Of a stretch of 53,692 nucleotides of DNA, positions 47,813 to 53,692 are shown piece after piece. The stretch covers positions 86,465 to 140,156 of the forward strand of contig JAWAAW010000001.1 in assembly GCA_038884975.1 (NCBI GenBank), read 5' to 3'. Made by a program: the position numbers and the translations under genes. The stretch comes from Candidatus Woesearchaeota archaeon. GTDB taxonomy: Archaea > Nanobdellota > Nanobdellia > Woesearchaeales > ARS49. Under the pieces are notes generated by a model. The model made no database searches. It worked only from the letters and a program-made list of their open reading frames with translations, and was not told where the DNA came from. Numbering within the stretch: the stretch's first letter is position 1; the number at the start of each line of letters is the position of its first letter.

Positions 47813-48967
47813 ATGGTGAACGGAAGCCTGAACGAATACATAAGGTTGCAGCTTGAAAGAGGCTACACTCCAGAAACAATAAGAGCTGCGTTATTGCAGG
47901 CAGGATACAACCCACAAGACATTGACTTTGCCCTTCGGGTGGCAAGACCCGCCCGAAAAAAAATCATCCTAACAGGCAAGAACCTGATTTTTACGCTTGC
48001 AGGAATTCTAGCAATAGCCCTGATTGTCTTTGCAGGAATTTTGGTCTTCAATCCCGCAGCCAAGGACATCAGTATATCAATGAGCATTACGCAGTCAGAG
48101 CTTTTCCCCGGAGACACGATCTCAATAACAACTATGTTTTCATCAGAACAAACGCGCACGGTTCCTGTGGCACTTGAGTATGTTGTGAGCGAAAAATTCA
48201 CGCGCAAATCAGTGACTAGCAGGCGCGCACAAATCAACGTGGGCGCAAGCACCATAAAAACAGAATCAATCCCGCTACCATCAAACATTGCACCGGGCGA
48301 TTATGAAGTCAAGCTTGTTGCGCGGTTTGAGCAATTGACAAGAGTGTCTTCTGTTGGCTTCACAATCTTGCAACCACCATCAGAAGCGGTTGTTCAGGAA
48401 ACTATTACAGAAGAGCTGAAACCCATAGAAGAAGCGCCCGTTGAGGGTGAACTTCCCTGTCCAGAAAGCTGCGACGACCTTAATCCAGCAACAGATGATG
48501 TTTGTGTAAGGGGAGCTTGCGAACACGTTCTCAAATCAAACTATTGCGGAAATGGGGAATGCGAACCAGGAGAAAACAAGATGCTGTGCCCTGAGGACTG
48601 TGGTGCAGCCCAAGACAAGACGGTTGTTATGCAACAAGCGCTTGAATTTGCAAAAACAAACACGGAAAAAGCAGCAACATTATGCAATAGCCTTGTGCTC
48701 CCACAAGACGCAGATCCATGTTTTGCAGCAATAGCCAACGCGAGCAGAAAGAGCGCTTTGTGCGCAAATATCCGGGATTTAAGGGCAAGAGACAACTGCC
48801 TATGGGAATTCACGAACTATGATGATTATTCTGTCTGCGAGCAAATGTCAAACAAATACTTAATGACAAGCTGCCTAAGTCTTGCAAGATTTTCAACAAT
48901 CTCAAGGGAGCAAAAGGAAGCAGAACAAACAGCACAGGAATTGCAACAAGAAATCAGTGCTGAATAA
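47813..48967 (+). CDS. Type II membrane protein with Ig-like and Cys-rich extracellular repeats
   Basis: MVNGSLNEYIRLQLERGYTPETIRAALLQAGY helical head, one TM, APGDYEVK Ig-like segment, CDDLNPATDDVC, CGNGECEPGEN...CPEDC, C..I.....RDNC repeats. Confidence 0.75.
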   Translation: MVNGSLNEYIRLQLERGYTPETIRAALLQAGYNPQDIDFALRVARPARKKIILTGKNLIFTLAGILAIALIVFAGILVFNPAAKDISISMSITQSELFPGDTISITTMFSSEQTRTVPVALEYVVSEKFTRKSVTSRRAQINVGASTIKTESIPLPSNIAPGDYEVKLVARFEQLTRVSSVGFTILQPPSEAVVQETITEELKPIEEAPVEGELPCPESCDDLNPATDDVCVRGACEHVLKSNYCGNGECEPGENKMLCPEDCGAAQDKTVVMQQALEFAKTNTEKAATLCNSLVLPQDADPCFAAIANASRKSALCANIRDLRARDNCLWEFTNYDDYSVCEQMSNKYLMTSCLSLARFSTISREQKEAEQTAQELQQEISAE

Positions 48968-51031
48968 TTAAATCCTGCTAATGAATCCGTGCCTTGGCTC
49001 AAAGATGTCTCCTGACTTCTTCAGGCGCTGGATAATATCCTCAATCTCTGACTCGGTCAAGCCCTTCGCTGAAGCGGCCTTCACAATATCCTCAATAGGC
49101 ACGACCTTTCCAACCTTGCTCTCAAGCTCGGCAATGATGTCCTTTATGGTGATTATTTTGTTGCGCTGAGACGCGGGCATGCTTGTTGCAATCCTGTCAA
49201 TGTCAAACTGACCAGTCTCCTCATCCATTGCCACCTGCCTGAGGCAATAATCAAGCAACTCAATAGCCCTTCTTGCATCCTTCTTAAGCACTTTATCGCG
49301 CAAATGCATTCTTGCCGAAGCCTCACTCAGCCTAACAAGACCCTCCAACTGCCTTGCAGAAATAGGGACTGCCTTAGCGCTCGCACCGGTACCCGCAGAA
49401 GCCCGCATCCTAATGAAATATTCTTTAAGCTCCTCAATAGCCCCATCAGTCAACTTTGGAAATATTTTCTTTGCATACGCAACATATTTTCTAAGAAGAT
49501 CTGTGCTTATTGGCGGTTCCTCAACATTGTTCTTGTGCAATTCAAGCATGAATGAAGCAAGCTTTTCATCCTTCTTCTGGTCAGGCAAGTCCTTTATGGG
49601 AAATATAAGGTCAAAACGGTTGATGAGAGTTGGAGGCAAGTCAATCTGGTTTGCAACAGTATCATAAGGGTCAAACCTGCCAAACTTTGGGTTTGCCGCA
49701 GCAAGAACCGTTGTTTCACACCGCAAAGTTGCCTGAATGTTCGCCTTGCTTATGGTAACCGTCTGCTGTTCAAGTGCTTCGTGCATTGCCCAAGTATCTT
49801 CCTTGCTCATCTTATCAAGCTCATCAATCATTGCCATCCCTTTGTTTGCCAACACAAGTGCACCCGCCTCAAGACTCCAGCCCTGTAGGAATTCGTCCTT
49901 GACAACGGTTGCAGAAAGGCCCGCGCCCGAAGCGCCCTTTCCAGTAACATACCTTGCCTTTGGAGCAACAACAGCCATGCGCTTAAGCAATTGAGACTTT
50001 GCGGCACCGGGGTCTCCAACAAGCATTATGTGAATATCGCCCCTCCGCGTTACGCCATCATCATGCTTTTTCCTGACCCCACCAAACATCTGCATCACCA
50101 ACGCTTCCTTTACCTGATCGTGGCCGTAAATACTTGGTGCAACAGAAGCAACGAGCTTGCGTACAAGCGCGGGGTCTTCAGCCAGTTCCTTAATCTTTTG
50201 CTCATCTTCAGGCGAAATCTGGACATCTGTAAATTCCTCCTGCACTGCCGTGACAGAATTTCCTTCCAGCAATAGGTCAAACCTTGTGCTTTGCGTGCCA
50301 GAACGCGTGATAATCGGCACTTCCTTTATGATTCCAACAATTATTATTCTTGATCCGGGGTTTGTCTTTTTTTCACTCAAGGGGCTAACAAGGTCATTCT
50401 TCAGAAAGACATTCATTCGTTTTGGCTGTTCACCACCCTCCAATTGCTCAGGAACCTCTTCAAGAACAAGCCCCTGGGCATCAACAAGAACCTTGCTCAG
50501 CAACCTGAACTTCCCTTTTCTTCCACAACTACATCTCGAAGGCTCCTTGAACTTATTATCCAGCTGAAGCATTGATATTGTGTTTCCACAACTTGGGCAC
50601 TCAAACTTTGCTTCAGTAACCTGGGGGCGAACGTCAGACTTTTGCCTCACTATGCCCTCAACAAAAAGAAGCTTGTTCAAGTGCACAGAACGAACGTTCC
50701 TTATCATAATCCTGCTTGATTCAGGCAGTCCGAAAAACCTCACCGCAAAACCCTTAACATCTCCGGGCACATCAAACTGCTCAATCGCAATCTCAGCAGC
50801 CTTGATGACTTCCTCAGGCATCTCAAGAAGAGCGTCAGCAACATCAGGATCAAACTTGCTTAAGGAAGAAAAGTCAACATGCAACCACTTTTGCCCCTTT
50901 CTTGCCTGCTCAACAAGCTCAGCATAACATTGCTGCTGAAAAAAATCATGCAGGTTTTGAATAAGCTCTGTGGCATCCAAGTGCTTGGCTACTGCCGCTT
51001 CTGACATTTCAAAGTACGAATGAGAGAGCAT
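48968..51031 (-). CDS. mcm: MCM replicative helicase
   Basis: CPSC...CSCG Zn motif, GDPGAAKSQLL, IDELDKM, AAANP, SARQLE; no intein seen. Confidence 0.97.
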   Translation of the reverse strand: MLSHSYFEMSEAAVAKHLDATELIQNLHDFFQQQCYAELVEQARKGQKWLHVDFSSLSKFDPDVADALLEMPEEVIKAAEIAIEQFDVPGDVKGFAVRFFGLPESSRIMIRNVRSVHLNKLLFVEGIVRQKSDVRPQVTEAKFECPSCGNTISMLQLDNKFKEPSRCSCGRKGKFRLLSKVLVDAQGLVLEEVPEQLEGGEQPKRMNVFLKNDLVSPLSEKKTNPGSRIIIVGIIKEVPIITRSGTQSTRFDLLLEGNSVTAVQEEFTDVQISPEDEQKIKELAEDPALVRKLVASVAPSIYGHDQVKEALVMQMFGGVRKKHDDGVTRRGDIHIMLVGDPGAAKSQLLKRMAVVAPKARYVTGKGASGAGLSATVVKDEFLQGWSLEAGALVLANKGMAMIDELDKMSKEDTWAMHEALEQQTVTISKANIQATLRCETTVLAAANPKFGRFDPYDTVANQIDLPPTLINRFDLIFPIKDLPDQKKDEKLASFMLELHKNNVEEPPISTDLLRKYVAYAKKIFPKLTDGAIEELKEYFIRMRASAGTGASAKAVPISARQLEGLVRLSEASARMHLRDKVLKKDARRAIELLDYCLRQVAMDEETGQFDIDRIATSMPASQRNKIITIKDIIAELESKVGKVVPIEDIVKAASAKGLTESEIEDIIQRLKKSGDIFEPRHGFISRI

Positions 51032-51131
51032 ACCCCCTCATTCATCCACCCCCATCTTTTTATACCCTACGTGAGCATGACCAGTGACTAGTGCACAACT
51101 GTTGTTGCCTTATGACCGCTCCCTTCTGCTC

Positions 51132-51722
51132 TCACTTACTCTTTGCCTTCTTCAGGTTTTCTATCAGCTTGTCCAAAGCCTTGTTTACCTCGTCTTCGCT
51201 CTTAGTGCCTGTGCATACCACTTTACCATTACTGAAAAGCAAGAAGGTTGCCTTCTGGTCAGGCAATTTGTAAACAAGCCCGGGGAACTGTTCTGGCTCG
51301 TACTCTGTGTTTTCAAGCTTCATTGCGAGCACGTTCAGGTTCAAGTCCATTCCAACACTGCCTGCAGCGACAATGTTCTGGATATTGACCTGTGGCTCAA
51401 CTTTTATCTTGACATTGATTTTTTCAAGACTCTTTATGATTTTTCTTATTGATTCGTGCACCTTGTCCATGCTCCTCGCGCCAGTGCAGACAATCTTTCC
51501 TGACGAGAAGATAAGGGCAGAAGTCTTGGGCTCCTTGATGCGGATAACCAGCCCTGGGAACTGTTCAGGATTGTATTCTGTATTGCTCAAAGTGGCAGCC
51601 ATTTTTTCAAGCGGAATATCATGCCCGAGACTTGCACTCACGACGATGTTAACAACTTTTATCTCGCGCTGTCCTGCCTTTGGAGCAGCACCTTTTGATT
51701 TCTTAGCGGCTTTTTTTGCCAT
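51132..51722 (-). CDS. tbp: TATA-box-binding protein
   Basis: Two repeats of NIV...EY(N/E)PEQFPGLV...F S(S/N)GK(I/V)VCTG. Confidence 0.98.
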   Translation of the reverse strand: MAKKAAKKSKGAAPKAGQREIKVVNIVVSASLGHDIPLEKMAATLSNTEYNPEQFPGLVIRIKEPKTSALIFSSGKIVCTGARSMDKVHESIRKIIKSLEKINVKIKVEPQVNIQNIVAAGSVGMDLNLNVLAMKLENTEYEPEQFPGLVYKLPDQKATFLLFSNGKVVCTGTKSEDEVNKALDKLIENLKKAKSK

Positions 51723-51820
51723 TATGTTCACACCCCCCATTTCAGGTGAACTGTTTTTAAAGGTTTAAAAGGGTGAGTATTTAAATACTTTTGTATTTAA
51801 ATATGGAAATCAGCGACGAT

Positions 51821-51845
51821 ACACCCCCACCATTTCCTGTGGAAT
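51821..51845 (-). promoter_or_regulatory. ORB-like element in the tbp / zinc-ribbon divergent promoter
   Basis: ATTCCACAGGAAATGGTGGGGGTGT versus origin ORB ATTCCACAAGAAACCAAGGGGTGT. Confidence 0.6.
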
Positions 51846-51884
51846 TCTGCTAATCTTTATATTCAGCCGAACTACAATATTACT

Positions 51885-52229
51885 ATGCCTTATTATGAAT
51901 ACAAATGCAGGAATGAGGAATGCGGATATGTTCAGACCGTAAAGGCTTCTGAACCGCTTGCTGGCAAGGCGCTGGATAATCTATTATGCGAAAAATGCCA
52001 TTCGCATATGGAACGCAAGCTCAGCGCATTCAGTATTATAAATGGCACAGAACCGCCTTCAAACCCGTCGCAGTCAATAGATGACAAAATATTCACCATT
52101 GGCAAAAACAAGGTCTTTATTGGTAAGAAAGTAAAAGAATCGCCTCCAATACCATTGCCCTGCGGTCACGGCTATGCAATAATCCTTCTTTACGAGGGCG
52201 AAATTAAAAAACAGACAGAGCTGAATTAG
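51885..52229 (+). CDS. FmdB-family zinc-ribbon protein
   Basis: MPYYEYKCRNEECG...CEKCHSHMERKLSAF. Confidence 0.8.
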   Translation: MPYYEYKCRNEECGYVQTVKASEPLAGKALDNLLCEKCHSHMERKLSAFSIINGTEPPSNPSQSIDDKIFTIGKNKVFIGKKVKESPPIPLPCGHGYAIILLYEGEIKKQTELN

Positions 52230-53425
52230 TCATTTTTCTCTTTTATTGCAAGATAAAGAAAAACAATAGGCATAAGGATTAATCCACCCAATGCGATTGC
52301 AAACCTTGGACCAAACAAATCGCCCAAAAACCCAACAAGAGGGCCGCTAAGGGCAAACCCTATGCTATAAAGCATGTGATTGAAAGAAACGGTTGTTGCC
52401 CGCATCCTCGACGGAACAAATTTCTGGAAATAACAGCCCATCAAAGGGTTGTAAATATCAGAGCCGAGCGTTATTAGTCCCATAATCATTATTGCGGCAA
52501 ACCATTTTCCTGTAAAAAGCACCGATATAAACAGCGCTATATGAAACACAGTTATTATTGTGAGAAGCGCCCTCTCTGTGCGTGCAATTTTCAATAACGG
52601 CTTTGCAAGGTAAGGGGCAAAAGCGCCTATCAGCATCAATCCTGAAAAAAGATAACCAAATGCATAAACAGGAAAGCCGAGGTTCTTGAGGAACGGCTGC
52701 CACATGAACTCACCACTTAATGTACCACACAATCCTTCAATAAGGACAATTGCAAACAGGAAAAACAAGACGCGGTGCGTTATGCCAAATCTTATTGACT
52801 TTTTCGACTAGTCATAAATCATCCGCAGGTTGTGCGGGCAGGTTAGCTTTACCCTTTTCTCACCAACAAAAGAAAGTATGATCCCAGAAGAAATAAGCGA
52901 AAACCCTGTGATGGGCCAGATAATCCCCAACCCAAAGATTTTGACAAGAAAAGCACCAACAAAACCAGCAACAAGCAATGAAAGCCTTATGAAACTGTGG
53001 GTCTTTATGTAATATTCCTTTAACAGCCAAGGCCTGCCCCTGAACTTGAGGTTGTCAGCAACCCACGCCTCCTGCGCGCCTGAAATAAAAGTGCCAGCAA
53101 TTCCCAAAAGCGTGAATATTACAAACAAAGACCAAAAATTTTTGAAGAAAAAGATTGAAACAACAAAGATTCCGCAAAGAAAATAACCAAGCAATGTAGA
53201 GAATTTCCTGCCAAAAATATCCGCAATCGCACCAGTGGGAATCTCAAAAAGGAAAGAGGCAACTGAAATCGGCAACATCAAAACGCCTATTTGAAACAAG
53301 GACAAGTTTATTGACTGAAAATACAAAACCCAAAAAGGCGGATAAATGAACAACAATGTTGACAGTATTGATTCTGCATAAAAAGGCCACAATAACTTCA
53401 GTTCATCCTTATGGAAAAAAGCCAT
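52226..53425 (-). pseudogene. MFS transporter interrupted by one in-frame TAG (52808-52810)
   Basis: N-half has FEIPTGAIADIFGRK and SGAQEAW. The frame continues after TAG as SKKSIRFGITHRVLFFL into the C-half with PSRMRATTVS. Confidence 0.75.
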
Positions 53426-53450
53426 TTTTAGGGTGATTTTTGCTTTCTGG

Positions 53451-53692
53451 TTAATAAACCTTCATCCATTTCCTGAGAATGCTGCTAAATATGATTGAGA
53501 ATATTATGTAGCTCCATATCCAGCTCAATGAGAACGAGCCGAGCTTGACGACCTTGACCTTTTCCTGAATGGTTTCAATTTGTTTAACAACACCATCCCT
53601 TATTGGCTTTAATGGGTTCACATATTCGCGCTTTGTTGTTATCTTAACTTCCTTGTAATACTCCTTGCCATTGACATTAAACATCAATCCTG
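53451..53692 (-). CDS. DUF106 / EMC3-TMCO1 (Oxa1 superfamily) membrane protein, C-terminal part
   Basis: Ends in LSWIWSYIIFSIIFSSILRKWMKVY; the 5' part lies outside the window. Confidence 0.7.
   Translation of the reverse strand, partial: GLMFNVNGKEYYKEVKITTKREYVNPLKPIRDGVVKQIETIQEKVKVVKLGSFSLSWIWSYIIFSIIFSSILRKWMKVY

Noticed and set aside
41861-51031. Inteins in DP2 or MCM (also checked RFC)
   Set aside because: Lengths are normal and motifs run uninterrupted through the usual insertion sites.
51032-51131. Structured RNA between tbp and mcm
   Set aside because: Only 4-5 bp stems; the region is adequately explained by a TATA element and G-rich RBS for mcm.
52808-52810. Genome-wide TAG recoding or pyrrolysine use
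   Set aside because: TAG terminates genes at their expected ends here (pelA, RPA2-like), and no Pyl machinery is seen in the window.

Overview
Archaeal chromosomal segment, most consistent with a DPANN/Nanobdellota (Woesearchaeota-like) genome: informational genes dominate and there is no central metabolism. The lineage call is inference from gene content, not a database result. Left (1-8.7 kb): a cluster of large Cys-rich secreted/surface proteins, including a >1250-aa ORF that runs off the window and is absent from the ORF track. Middle: RNA-processing and translation genes (rnp3, bacterial-type RluB-like synthase, TtuA, a PP-loop-degenerate ThiI, L34e, L14e, PheRS, pelota, TyrS, Trm5, EndA, RNase Z), two Tyr/Asp-rich secreted proteins, and a five-gene envelope cassette (pilin-type signal protein, membrane protein, three paralogous lipoproteins). 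Right: a replication/transcription cluster (RFC, FEN1, histone, Hjc, TFE, an ORB-flanked AT-rich origin, Cdc6, PolD DP1/DP2, aIF2-beta, RPA2-like, MCM, TBP), then an MFS gene split by one in-frame TAG. Main unexplained signals: the envelope cassette; a dead-ThiI/N-truncated TtuA pair; ORB-like boxes in the tbp promoter; an attenuator-like leader with a 5-codon uORF before an ABC exporter; RBS-sequestering leaders on both trmB paralogs; a 19-bp putative TrmB operator shared with the envelope locus; a GNRA hairpin before rpl14e; and an Asp-to-Cys change in the DP1 metal motif. No tRNA, rRNA, CRISPR array, intein or mobile element was recognised. All calls are by eye from motifs; no searches were run.
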